A stretch of 64,000 bases of DNA, taken from the sequence record PZ212788.1. One strand, written 5' to 3'. The position numbers were made by a program, and so were the translations under genes. Shown here piece by piece: positions 40,412 to 50,020 of this stretch (its first letter is position 1; every line of letters starts with the position of its first letter). The DNA is from a phage. Under the pieces are notes generated by a model. That model was given only the letters and a program-made list of their open reading frames with translations, was not told the DNA's origin and did not search any database.

Positions 40412-40421
40412 TGGAGTCATT

Positions 40422-40922
40422 GTGAAAATTAAGATCTTTGCTATTATTTTGAGCGCACTTTTATCGCTGCCTGTTGTTGCAGCACCAAAACAAAAAGTAT
40501 ATCATACTTGCAAGCCCTCAGATACTAAGGAAAACATTCTGGCATGCAATATCTACAGGGAGGCTAGAGGGGATGGCACGATGGGTATGCTGGCATCAGG
40601 GTTTGCCACACTAAACAGGAAATCTCACCCCAAATACCCAGACACTATAAGAAACATTGTCTACCAACCTAACCAGTTTTCGTGGACAAACCACGGCAAA
40701 ACTTTTAAGGTGACAGAAAAAGATTCATGGGATCACGCTAAAAGTCTTGCAAAGATGCTTCTAAAGGTCTATAATAACAACCATGTTGCATACATGGCTA
40801 TGGACATAACAGGTGGAGCAACACACTACCATACAACCAAAGTACGACCGAAATGGGCAAAAAAGATGCAGAGGACAGCTCAATTCGGGAGTCATATCTA
40901 CTACAAGGAGCGCAATAAATGA
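40422..40922 (+). CDS. secreted cell-wall hydrolase, SleB/CwlJ (Hydrolase_2)-like; candidate signal-peptide endolysin
   Basis: N-terminal signal-like peptide MKIKIFAIILSALLSLPVVAAP; catalytic-domain motifs NIYREARGDG ... GFATLNR ... IVYQPNQFSW; GTG start with GGAG RBS. Confidence 0.6.
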   Translation: MKIKIFAIILSALLSLPVVAAPKQKVYHTCKPSDTKENILACNIYREARGDGTMGMLASGFATLNRKSHPKYPDTIRNIVYQPNQFSWTNHGKTFKVTEKDSWDHAKSLAKMLLKVYNNNHVAYMAMDITGGATHYHTTKVRPKWAKKMQRTAQFGSHIYYKERNK

Positions 40923-42901
40923 TTGTAAACAGTAATGAAACTAAAGCAGTACTAACCGGAAATATGGAGGTCACCAGGGGCTCAATTTCTCTGAACAAAG
41001 AGACTTTTGGGCTAATCATTAAAGGGATTTACGAAGATAAGGTGCTGGCAAGCTGCCGTGAACCAATCTTCAATGCTGTGGACTCCCATGTTGAGTCTGG
41101 ACGGGGTGATGTACCTATCATCATTCACTCTCCTACAGACCTTGAACCATACTTCTTTGTGCAGGACGTTGGATTGGGCATGTCAGAAGAGATGGTCCGC
41201 AACACTTTCATGAATCTCGGGGAGTCAACCAAGCGCAACAGCAACGCTCTGGTAGGTAATAAAGGTGTTGGTTCAAAGGCTCCGTTCAGTATGGTGGACA
41301 CTTTCGATGTTATCAGTGTGCACAATGGTGTTGAAAGCACATATCTATTGTTCTTGGATCAGGGTATCCCAAACGTTACCAAGATCCGCGAGCGAAAGAC
41401 TGAAGAGCACAACGGGGTAAAAGTTCAGTTCCATGTTAAGAAAGAGCATGTTCTGAAATATCGCACTGCTATTGCGTCATGCCTACGCTATGCAAAGTTT
41501 CCGTTTACCGTTACCGACCCTATGACCAGTAAGATGCTGGAAGGTGACAAGGTTGAGGCGCAGTATCGCTACGAGAAAGATGGTTGGAAAATGACTATCC
41601 TGAAAGGTTATACCAGCTCTGATGAGAGCCGTGTGGTGATGGGACACCAACCTTACCGCTCTAAGTTTCTGGAAACATTGACAGACTACCCTGCAATCTG
41701 TGTAGAGATCCCTATCGGGGATTGCAATATTAACCCTGGGCGCGAATGGACCATAGAGGGGCACGACGATGGTGGATTCCAGGATCGCCTGGAGGCCTTT
41801 GTCAAAGAAGGTATACGTCTTCGTGGGGCAGAAGTTGTTGCGGAATTGGAGACAGCAAAAACATCCTCAGAAGCACGTGAGATGATGAAGAACAGTGGAG
41901 TGTTCGGACACATCTTCGGCAAAAACTTTATGTGGAACCGTTGGGAAGAAACAGGGCTTGGCGACTTAGGCGATTGTGAAATTTTCGCTGGCGGCTTAAA
42001 TAAAGGCCGCATAGGCTATGCTCGTTACGGAAAGTCGGAGTTCTTACGAGGTGTATACCTTGTATTTAACGACGGAGACGGCAAATATAACCGAAATAAG
42101 TGTAACTACTTAAGCGAGATCACCGGACGCAACGTTTTCTATTGCCGTAACACGGATCTGATGGAAGAGTTTAAAGAAGCGGCACACCACCCGTTCTTTG
42201 CAGATACGGTCAAATTGTTATCAGAGCTCCCTCGCCGTCCTGTAAAGAAAGGTGAAACAAAAACTCACTATGAGCCAGGGTATTGGGTTAAAAAACTTGA
42301 GAAAGATGGTTACTTCCGTCGTGAGCGTATTACTAAGGCAGAGTTCAAGAAGATTAAGCACTGCATTCCTTATGAGGGTGATATCCAACGTGGAAGTTGT
42401 TGGCTGGGACAGCTAAGTAACATCTACCAGCAAAATTATGACCGTGTGCGTGCGGCACTCAAGATTCCTGAAGGGGAAGATCTGTACCTGGTATCAGAAT
42501 CTCGTCTGCTTTGGACTGATCCTGATTGCCAGTATGTTACAGAGAAAAATGTGGAACATTTGTTGAAAGAGGACGCCTGGAAATTCTTACTGACTCGCGC
42601 AGCAAATGAAACTTCATATGACAGCCTGTATAGACAATTAGGGAAAATTATCCCCATGCAAGATTTTGGAAATTATCGGCCACATTTCCACAAGTGGGAA
42701 GGTAACACCGCGTGGAAGCACAGTGAGCTAAATCATCGTGCCAAAATCTTAATCGCCAACCGAGTCAAGTGCGGGAAGGCCTATATTGCAAGATTGGAAA
42801 AGAAATATCCACTTTTGAAGCATGTGGGCTTGAAATATTGGGACACTCCTGCTATGATTGAATACCGTGAACTGATCGACGCAAAGAATAACACCAAATA
42901 A
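40919..42901 (+). CDS. GHKL-type ATPase domain protein (rIIA-like)
   Basis: N-box REPIFNAVDS, G1 box QDVGLGMS, G2 box GNKGVGSKA in N-terminal region of a 660 aa protein. Confidence 0.5.
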   Translation: MIVNSNETKAVLTGNMEVTRGSISLNKETFGLIIKGIYEDKVLASCREPIFNAVDSHVESGRGDVPIIIHSPTDLEPYFFVQDVGLGMSEEMVRNTFMNLGESTKRNSNALVGNKGVGSKAPFSMVDTFDVISVHNGVESTYLLFLDQGIPNVTKIRERKTEEHNGVKVQFHVKKEHVLKYRTAIASCLRYAKFPFTVTDPMTSKMLEGDKVEAQYRYEKDGWKMTILKGYTSSDESRVVMGHQPYRSKFLETLTDYPAICVEIPIGDCNINPGREWTIEGHDDGGFQDRLEAFVKEGIRLRGAEVVAELETAKTSSEAREMMKNSGVFGHIFGKNFMWNRWEETGLGDLGDCEIFAGGLNKGRIGYARYGKSEFLRGVYLVFNDGDGKYNRNKCNYLSEITGRNVFYCRNTDLMEEFKEAAHHPFFADTVKLLSELPRRPVKKGETKTHYEPGYWVKKLEKDGYFRRERITKAEFKKIKHCIPYEGDIQRGSCWLGQLSNIYQQNYDRVRAALKIPEGEDLYLVSESRLLWTDPDCQYVTEKNVEHLLKEDAWKFLLTRAANETSYDSLYRQLGKIIPMQDFGNYRPHFHKWEGNTAWKHSELNHRAKILIANRVKCGKAYIARLEKKYPLLKHVGLKYWDTPAMIEYRELIDAKNNTK

Positions 42902-42911
42902 GGAGACAGCT

Positions 42912-43493
42912 ATGATTTTCATCTACGAACATTTCAAAACTCGTAAAGAAGCACGCGACCGCCGTGCAGAACTTGAGAAGAAGGGTTTCACATGTGCTAT
43001 TGAGAAAGGTACTACAACATGGACACTGGCAGTAGGTGCCCCAGAGCTGTTTGATCCTGACCGAGACAGTGTCTGCTATACCCGTGAGGATTTTGAAACC
43101 CGCGAAGAGGCCCGTTTATTCCGCTACGGACTGGAAGACAACGGTAAGTACGCCATGATCTTAGATTCAGGTGAAGGTTCCGTTAAACGTTGGGGCGTGG
43201 TATACCCACTGTGTGTTGTTCACGGTGTGGGGGTCACTGGGGTAGCAATCAAGTCAGAAGAACCTTTAGTAGAAGTCAAAGATCCGGTGCTGGAAGTGGT
43301 GAGCAGTGTGTCTCAGCAACAGTCTCGAAGCATCGAGCCTTTGGTAGTTATTTGCGGGGAACTCCTCCAGATCACCTGCAACGAAGGCATTTTTGAAATT
43401 CGCCGCAGCGAAAGTGAGGAAGTTTACCAGAAAGTCTTCGACCATATTTCTGTTCAGGAATATGATGAGGCAATTGGTGAAATCCTTGTCTAG
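42912..43493 (+). CDS. hypothetical protein
   Basis: 193 aa ORF with AAGGAG RBS. Confidence 0.45.
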   Translation: MIFIYEHFKTRKEARDRRAELEKKGFTCAIEKGTTTWTLAVGAPELFDPDRDSVCYTREDFETREEARLFRYGLEDNGKYAMILDSGEGSVKRWGVVYPLCVVHGVGVTGVAIKSEEPLVEVKDPVLEVVSSVSQQQSRSIEPLVVICGELLQITCNEGIFEIRRSESEEVYQKVFDHISVQEYDEAIGEILV

Positions 43494-43538
43494 CTGGAAC
43501 GCAAGAATGAGTTCACCACACTTGCAGACAACCTGATC

Positions 43539-44117
43539 ATGAAAGATGGTAAGCTCTACTACTACGGTGTAGAGATGCGATCCACCATTGCAAAGAAAAT
43601 TGAGAAAGATTATGCAGACGGAACGCTGGATGACCGCTATGTGAAATTCCTCGTTCGCCTGCTACGCAATCCTTCTGCAAAATCTGTAAACATGCTCTAC
43701 GATTTTATGCAGGCCAACGATATCCAGATTGCAGAAGATGGTCGAATCATTTGCTACAAAGGGGTTCAGTTTAACGGCAGCAAGTGGGTAGATTGGCACA
43801 GTGGTAAAGTTCCACAATACCAGGGTGCTTTTGTATCCATGCCTCGTAACTTTGTAGAGGATGATCCGGAAGCTGCGTGCTCCTATGGCTTACACTGCGC
43901 CAGCAAAGAGTATGCAAAGAGCTACGGCACTGTAATGACTGTCATGGTTGACCCTGCAGATGTGGTTAGTGTGCCATACCAACACAATAGCGCCAAGTGC
44001 CGTGCATGCCGCTATGAGATTGTGGTAGCTCCGGAAGCACGCAAAGATGGAGACCCTATTGAATATGTAGTTGATCGTGACGGTAACACTATCGACATTC
44101 TTTACGAGGAGGCGTAA
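43539..44117 (+). CDS. hypothetical protein
   Basis: 192 aa ORF; weak RBS. Confidence 0.4.
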   Translation: MKDGKLYYYGVEMRSTIAKKIEKDYADGTLDDRYVKFLVRLLRNPSAKSVNMLYDFMQANDIQIAEDGRIICYKGVQFNGSKWVDWHSGKVPQYQGAFVSMPRNFVEDDPEAACSYGLHCASKEYAKSYGTVMTVMVDPADVVSVPYQHNSAKCRACRYEIVVAPEARKDGDPIEYVVDRDGNTIDILYEEA

Positions 44118-45487
44118 TGGAAAAAGGGCAGTATGATGTAGGCACAGATGCTGCCCTCGTTGCAATCATGAGCGGTGAGAATGTCTTCGTTTCAGGACCT
44201 GCAGGTTGTGGGAAGACGTATCTCATCAACATGATCCAGTCGATGTATGGAGACTCTTGCATAACGGTTGCCCCGACAGGGGTAGCCGCTTTAAACGTTA
44301 ATGGAGCAACAGCACACCGAACCTTCGATCTTGCAGCAGGTGTGAGCATGGAGTCAGACTGGACCGCAATAAGGGCAAAAACAGCAAAGCCTTTGAAAAG
44401 CAAGGCATTTACCATCCTAATTATCGATGAAATCTCTATGATCCGTGCTGATAAGTTTATAGAGATGGATAGGAAACTCCGCTTCCTTCGAAAAAATGAC
44501 AAACCTTTCGGAGGCATACAGGTCATATTGTTTGGCGATTTTTACCAGGCACCTCCTGTTGTCTCTTCTATGGAGAAGGAAGCCTACTTCAACTTCTACC
44601 ATACGGACCTGTGTTGCTATACCGAATCTTGGAAAGAGCTTGACCTCCACAACATAGCCCTAATAGATCAGTTCCGACAGGAGTCTATTCGATTTGCTAC
44701 AATGCTCAACTGTGTTCGTGAGGGTCGTCGCATAAAAGAGGTTGTAGCAGAACTTAATGCTCGCTGTTACAAAGGAGGTGTACCAACAGACGCTCTCACA
44801 ATTTGCGCCACCAACAAACAAGCAGAGGAAGTGAACAGAAGGTTCTATGATGCCATCAACGCCCCAGAGAAGGTATACACTGGTGAAATGAAGGGTAAGT
44901 TTCCCTCCACCCTGCCAGTTGAGCAGGAGATGAAGTTGAAAATTGGCATGAAAGTTATGATAACCGCCAACGATGTTGACCCGACGCACAAAGTACCTTA
45001 TTATGTTAACGGAACACGTGCTACAATTGTTAAATTTAAGAACAAGGCGGTGGTGGTAGAGCTTGAAGATGGAACACAGGTTGACATAGAGCAGAGGTTG
45101 TGGGAGAATAACGAGTATAAGCCATCCCAGAGATACAACATTGCAGAAAGGAAGATGGAGAAGTTTATAGAGAGGGTAGTGATTGGGTCATACAAGCAAC
45201 TTCCTCTGAAATCTGGGTACGCTGTAACATCTCATAAAAGTCAAGGACTTACACTAGATTGTTACAACCTAGACCTTGGAAAGAACGGAGCTTTCTCTCC
45301 TGGGATGACGTATGTCGCTTTGAGTAGAGTTAAGACAATACAAGGAATAAACTTGTTGCGTCCACTAAGAGAGGTTGACATTATTGTTGACCCGCGAGTC
45401 GTAGAGTTTTACAATACAACATTCCCTGACTTAGACAAAATTGTCAGGAAAGATTTTGAAACCAGAGCAGAAGAGGGGGACGTATGA
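44117..45487 (+). CDS. Pif1/RecD-like (Dda-type) DNA helicase
   Basis: Walker A SGPAGCGKTY; IIDEISM; ILFGDFYQAPPV; VTSHKSQGLTLD; YVALSRVK. Confidence 0.75.
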   Translation: MEKGQYDVGTDAALVAIMSGENVFVSGPAGCGKTYLINMIQSMYGDSCITVAPTGVAALNVNGATAHRTFDLAAGVSMESDWTAIRAKTAKPLKSKAFTILIIDEISMIRADKFIEMDRKLRFLRKNDKPFGGIQVILFGDFYQAPPVVSSMEKEAYFNFYHTDLCCYTESWKELDLHNIALIDQFRQESIRFATMLNCVREGRRIKEVVAELNARCYKGGVPTDALTICATNKQAEEVNRRFYDAINAPEKVYTGEMKGKFPSTLPVEQEMKLKIGMKVMITANDVDPTHKVPYYVNGTRATIVKFKNKAVVVELEDGTQVDIEQRLWENNEYKPSQRYNIAERKMEKFIERVVIGSYKQLPLKSGYAVTSHKSQGLTLDCYNLDLGKNGAFSPGMTYVALSRVKTIQGINLLRPLREVDIIVDPRVVEFYNTTFPDLDKIVRKDFETRAEEGDV

Positions 45488-45825
45488 GTTTGTGGAGAAA
45501 TATCGTTAACTACGTGTGCGGCAATCCAACTCCTGAAGAGAAGGATGTTGTGATTCACGATTTTACTAAAAGATCTCGTGAAAAAGATCTACTGCTAACA
45601 AAGGTGACTGATAAAGATCCTGCAGTAGGGGACTGGGCAGGTTTTGCGTTTACATCGGACAAATACACCTTTAACAAAGGTGACTACCTTGTTGTGGATT
45701 TTAACGAAGACATTGAGGGTGCTGAACCTTACTATCAAACCCTTATTGTTGCAGGGTGTGTTGATCTCTCTGCAGGCATGCACAGTTTGATTCTTTTTGA
45801 GCTTGACTCTGAAGACCTTGAGTAG
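45484..45825 (+). CDS. hypothetical protein
   Basis: 113 aa, coupled to helicase gene. Confidence 0.4.
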   Translation: MSLWRNIVNYVCGNPTPEEKDVVIHDFTKRSREKDLLLTKVTDKDPAVGDWAGFAFTSDKYTFNKGDYLVVDFNEDIEGAEPYYQTLIVAGCVDLSAGMHSLILFELDSEDLE

Positions 45826-45885
45826 TAAGATGTGAGTATAAAGGGGAGGCACTCCTCCCCACAAAAACTAAGGAAGCACTAAACG

Positions 45886-46188
45886 ATGAAACGTTATAAA
45901 CCATACACTTTTGAAATCGATTTCGAACTTGACGATATGTTTACTGTGGAAGCTCAGGCAGTTGTCCAGTTGCCAGACTCGGAGTGCCGTGACTCTGATG
46001 TTGACTATTACGGGTTTAGACAAATTACCGATGTGCGTGTTTACCACAACGGTGAAGAGGTGGACTTCCACCAACTGCCAAACGATATGCGCCACTCAAT
46101 TTACAAACGTGCAGCCCGTGAACTAGAGTCCTATCTGGATGCAGCGACGACAGCAGCTGCATTTGCTGAAGAAGTGGGAGGTTTCTGA
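45886..46188 (+). CDS. hypothetical protein
   Basis: 100 aa ORF with RBS. Confidence 0.4.
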   Translation: MKRYKPYTFEIDFELDDMFTVEAQAVVQLPDSECRDSDVDYYGFRQITDVRVYHNGEEVDFHQLPNDMRHSIYKRAARELESYLDAATTAAAFAEEVGGF

Positions 46189-46583
46189 TGATTACAGGTG
46201 TGAAGATTATCCAATACCACTTAACCAAATTGGAAGATGCTGAAAAAGAGCTTGCAGAAGTTCTGAATAGTGGATATACTTTGCTATCATGCGCCTGCTC
46301 AGACACATACGCTGTGTGGACACTTATCCGGAAGGAAGAGCCTGCGGGGATCTTGGTGCCAAACCCTAAGATCATTAGTGAGGTGGATGACTACGCTCAG
46401 GACGGCCTGCCAGAAGGCTGGGAAGTATGGGAAGGTGGTGAAAACCCTGCACCAGGTAAGTGGGTAAAATACAAACTGCGTAGTGGCGCACAGTACGCTG
46501 ACTATTCTGATGACCTGGACTGGAGTCATTCTTCACCAGAATCATCTGCAAGTTCCTATGATATCATAGCTTTTAAGGAATAA
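46188..46583 (+). CDS. hypothetical protein
   Basis: 131 aa ORF, coupled. Confidence 0.4.
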   Translation: MITGVKIIQYHLTKLEDAEKELAEVLNSGYTLLSCACSDTYAVWTLIRKEEPAGILVPNPKIISEVDDYAQDGLPEGWEVWEGGENPAPGKWVKYKLRSGAQYADYSDDLDWSHSSPESSASSYDIIAFKE

Positions 46584-46595
46584 GGAGAAGGTGGT

Positions 46596-47078
46596 ATGTC
46601 AGATTTTATGTGGAAAGTTGGTTATTCCTCCCCTGAAATGTGTAAGGCCTGTTTTGTGAAAATAGGTCGCGAGGATATCGACAAAGTGATTCTTAAGTTT
46701 CGTGATGTGGCTGTAATCGGCAACCGAGTGCTTAAGCACTTAAAGAATCTGAAGCTCACCAAAAAGAAGTTCTTTGGACTTTTCGAAGAGAAGGTTGATG
46801 CTTGGACCCATTGCATTCAGGAAGCTAAATCTCACTACAGTGCTATCATTACCCCAGAACGGGTAGCCAAGATGGAAGGATTCATCAACAGCACAGAGTT
46901 TGAGTGCCTGAAAGCTGCACTTGATAGTTATCCGAAATGCCTCAAGCACTTGGACAAGTATGTAGAAAAGGATGGGGAAATGTACCTAACCCTGGACGCA
47001 TATTATGAGATGCAAGAAATTTTAAATTTAGATTTGACATTGGTATCCACCGAGTATACAATAGGTATCCAGGTTTAA
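46596..47078 (+). CDS. hypothetical protein
   Basis: 160 aa ORF with AAGGAGAAGG RBS. Confidence 0.4.
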   Translation: MSDFMWKVGYSSPEMCKACFVKIGREDIDKVILKFRDVAVIGNRVLKHLKNLKLTKKKFFGLFEEKVDAWTHCIQEAKSHYSAIITPERVAKMEGFINSTEFECLKAALDSYPKCLKHLDKYVEKDGEMYLTLDAYYEMQEILNLDLTLVSTEYTIGIQV

Positions 47079-47084
47079 CACTAG

Positions 47085-47112
47085 GCCCTGCCCGAAAGGG
47101 TGGGGCTTTTTG
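47085..47112 (+). terminator. rho-independent terminator (GAAA-loop family)
   Basis: gccctgccc-gaaa-gggtggggc followed by tttttg; identical stem-loop recurs at 58590. Confidence 0.7.
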
Positions 47113-47129
47113 CATTAGGAGACAGCAAA

Positions 47130-47894
47130 TTGAAATTCATCTACAAAGAACACTACCACAAAGGTGTTGTGTGGAGTCTATTTGACGGGTCTGGTGGTGC
47201 AGTTATTGACTGGGCAAAAGCTGGGTACCTGTGCCTGTGCTTTAATGCAGAAGGTGCTGACCACGGCAGTTATGCAGAGGTGATAACCGATCATCCTAAC
47301 ATTCACTATGTGGATTATTGGATTGACCCATGGTTCCCTCAGGAAACTTTTTGCATGTATCCAGCTCCAGACTTTATTCTTGCATTTCCTCCGTGCACGC
47401 ATTTAGCGGTATCAGGTGCTGCACATTTTAAGAAAAAGCTGGCTAAGGATCCTTTGATCCAAATTAATGCTGTAAAGGATGCTCGGGTTGCGGAAGAGTT
47501 GGGAGAGATTTACGATTGCCCGTGGCATGTAGAGAATCCTGTAGGGGTTATGTCCACACTGTGGCGAAAACCTGATTACCGTTTTCATCCTTCGGATTAT
47601 GGTGGGTATTTACCGGAGGATGATGTAAACCCCTGGTTTCCTGAATTTATAGCTCCACGTGATGCCTATCCAAAAATAACTTGCGGCTGGATAGGCAATG
47701 GATTTATAATCCCGGCCACAAAACCTGTCCCGCAAATAGTTGACGCGGTTAGCGGGTATTCCATGCAACACGCCAAGCTGGGTGGAAAGAGTGCAAGAAC
47801 GAAGATGATCCGAAGCCTCACGCCACGTGGCTGGGCAAAAGCCGTATTCTTAGCAAACGAGCCTGTAGTAAGGAGCAGAATTAATGGGAAGTAA
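47130..47894 (+). CDS. C5-cytosine methyltransferase-like enzyme with variant catalytic motif
   Basis: Motif I SLFDGSGG, motif IV-like FPPCTH (PC-T instead of PCQ), motif VI-like HVENPVG; track ORF start lies inside the terminator, so start placed at TTG 47130 after AGGAGA. Confidence 0.5.
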   Translation: MKFIYKEHYHKGVVWSLFDGSGGAVIDWAKAGYLCLCFNAEGADHGSYAEVITDHPNIHYVDYWIDPWFPQETFCMYPAPDFILAFPPCTHLAVSGAAHFKKKLAKDPLIQINAVKDARVAEELGEIYDCPWHVENPVGVMSTLWRKPDYRFHPSDYGGYLPEDDVNPWFPEFIAPRDAYPKITCGWIGNGFIIPATKPVPQIVDAVSGYSMQHAKLGGKSARTKMIRSLTPRGWAKAVFLANEPVVRSRINGK

Positions 47895-49962
47895 ATTTAT
47901 GGCATCTGCATACAACCGTTTCGGTGAGCCAAACCCGAAAGCAACTAAGTATAAAAGTGGGGGAAGTGTGAAACGAGACTATCGTGATGAAAAAGAGGTT
48001 GAAACTGTAGAGACTGTTTTAGAAAATACTAAAATTGTCCCTGTCCCACAACAAAATATCGGTCTGATGGCTGCACAATATTTTGGTGTGCGATCAGCAT
48101 TGTCACAAGAAGACGGTGTGACAGTCACTGCAACATATTTCCCATATTACGACCGCTACGGAAATCTGTCCGGTTTCAAAAAGCGTGACTGGACTATTCC
48201 TAAAGAACAAAGGGGCCACTTCTCCGTTGTTGGCATCGTAAAGGCCAACTCCCAGATGTTTGGTCAAAAGCTGTGTGCATCTTCCAACAACCGTAAGCAG
48301 ATTAACGTTTGTGAGGGAGAAGGTGATGTTATTGCAGCATGGCAGGCTGCATATCAGATACAAGTAAAAGGGATTCTCACCAACGCTAAAGCCCCGGCAA
48401 AGGTGAAGCAGTGGGCTAAAGAGGTCCAGGACGGGATCGACGCAGTTATCAACGGTGGTGATCTGGCAGGAAAACCCTGCCTGCCTTTTGTTGGAATTAA
48501 CTGTGGATGTGCAAACGCAGTAGATACTTTTGCAAACAATGAGAAGTTTATCCGTAGCTATGGAACAGTTGTGCTGGCAATGGATAACGATGCAGCTAAC
48601 GAGGTAGAGAAGCAAAAACACGTCATTAAAGGTGTTGAGGCCACGCACAATATCGCAGCATTTTTGATGGCTGATAACGTTTACCACGTAGAATACCCTG
48701 GTGAAGTAAATGACCCTGACGGGGTAAAAGATATCCGTGACATGCTGAAGGCTAAAAAGCTGGAAGATATTGTCAACATGTTCCGGCATCCTGTTAAATA
48801 TGTGCCTGATGCTGTGTCGGACTTAGAAGACTTCTCTATCGAGTCTTTGCGGAAAAAGACTTCCAACGGGGTAGATATCAGCGCAGAGTTCCCAAAACTG
48901 CAAAAAATGCTAAAAGGCTTGCACAAAGGGACACTCGTAATGCTTACAGGTCCATCAGGCGGTGGTAAAACAACCGTGGCTAAAAAACTGGAACACTGTA
49001 TTGCAAGATATCTAATGGACCCGACATGCCCGAAGGCTGATGACTATGAAGAGGATGATCGTCTATGTATGATCCATCTTGAGGAGGACCCAGAGGAAGC
49101 AATTAACTCCTTGTATGCAAACCAGTTAGGGTTTGATGTTAAAGAGTTTGTTGAAGATCCTAGCCAGTTTTTAACTGATCAAGAACACGCAGAGATTCAC
49201 CAATCATGGGCAAAAGCTGGAAAAATCAAAGTGTTCAAACATTTCGGATCTATTCCGGTGGACGAGTTGATTACTAAGCTTAAGCAAATGGTTTGCCTGT
49301 ACCATTGTCGTTATATTGTGCTGGATCACCTGTCCATGGTAATTTCAGGGCTTAATGTTAAAGATGAGCGAAAAGAACTGGACATGGCTATGACCCAACT
49401 GGCTGCGTTTTGTAAGCAGTTTAACGTGTTTATCTTGGTGATCGCTCACCTCAAACGTACAGAGATTGTGCCTCCTAAGGACAAGGATGGTAACCCATTA
49501 CCTTTCTGGTATCCTGTGCGAAAAGAGAATTTGCGAGGATCGGCTGGGCTTGAACAGTTGAGTTGGGTAGTCATAGGTGTCGAGGCCGAAGAAATGGTGG
49601 ATCGTTCTCGTGGGCGTGTCCGTCTGGTAGGTCTTAAAAACCGTCCAGCAAAAACTTTAGGTATTGCTGACACTTTAGTTATGGATCCGCATACAGGTAA
49701 GTTCCATGATGCCAGTAATTGGTACTGGGACAAAGAAATGCAGATGTTTACAGACGGAGAAGGTGGGGAGGTTGTTTGGAGACCTCAGGCCATGTTTGAG
49801 GACCAAGAGCATGCAGTTGTAGAAACACCTATGGGCAAGGTTGTAGCCGATAAGGTTGTAACTCCTACTATTAAGCCTGTTGACACGCAGGAAGACCTCC
49901 AGTACGATGATCCATCCTCTGACCCGGTCCCTGGTTTTGAGGATGATGAAACGCCTTTTTAA
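47884..49962 (+). CDS. DNA primase-helicase (TOPRIM primase plus DnaB/T7 gp4-like helicase)
   Basis: TOPRIM motifs NVCEGEGDVIAA and LAMDNDAANE; Walker A MLTGPSGGGKTT; acidic C-terminus ending DDETPF. Confidence 0.8.
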   Translation: MGSKFMASAYNRFGEPNPKATKYKSGGSVKRDYRDEKEVETVETVLENTKIVPVPQQNIGLMAAQYFGVRSALSQEDGVTVTATYFPYYDRYGNLSGFKKRDWTIPKEQRGHFSVVGIVKANSQMFGQKLCASSNNRKQINVCEGEGDVIAAWQAAYQIQVKGILTNAKAPAKVKQWAKEVQDGIDAVINGGDLAGKPCLPFVGINCGCANAVDTFANNEKFIRSYGTVVLAMDNDAANEVEKQKHVIKGVEATHNIAAFLMADNVYHVEYPGEVNDPDGVKDIRDMLKAKKLEDIVNMFRHPVKYVPDAVSDLEDFSIESLRKKTSNGVDISAEFPKLQKMLKGLHKGTLVMLTGPSGGGKTTVAKKLEHCIARYLMDPTCPKADDYEEDDRLCMIHLEEDPEEAINSLYANQLGFDVKEFVEDPSQFLTDQEHAEIHQSWAKAGKIKVFKHFGSIPVDELITKLKQMVCLYHCRYIVLDHLSMVISGLNVKDERKELDMAMTQLAAFCKQFNVFILVIAHLKRTEIVPPKDKDGNPLPFWYPVRKENLRGSAGLEQLSWVVIGVEAEEMVDRSRGRVRLVGLKNRPAKTLGIADTLVMDPHTGKFHDASNWYWDKEMQMFTDGEGGEVVWRPQAMFEDQEHAVVETPMGKVVADKVVTPTIKPVDTQEDLQYDDPSSDPVPGFEDDETPF

Positions 49963-50020
49963 TGTTTAACAAAGAGTGGGAGGGGTAGTACAACCGCCTC
50001 CCCTTTAAGGAGAACACTTT

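Noticed and set aside
49963-50000. GGGAGG...CCTCCC inverted repeat after the primase-helicase gene as a terminator
   Set aside because: Long irregular loop and no following T-run; at most an RNA secondary structure. Similar weak hairpin at 45841-45860
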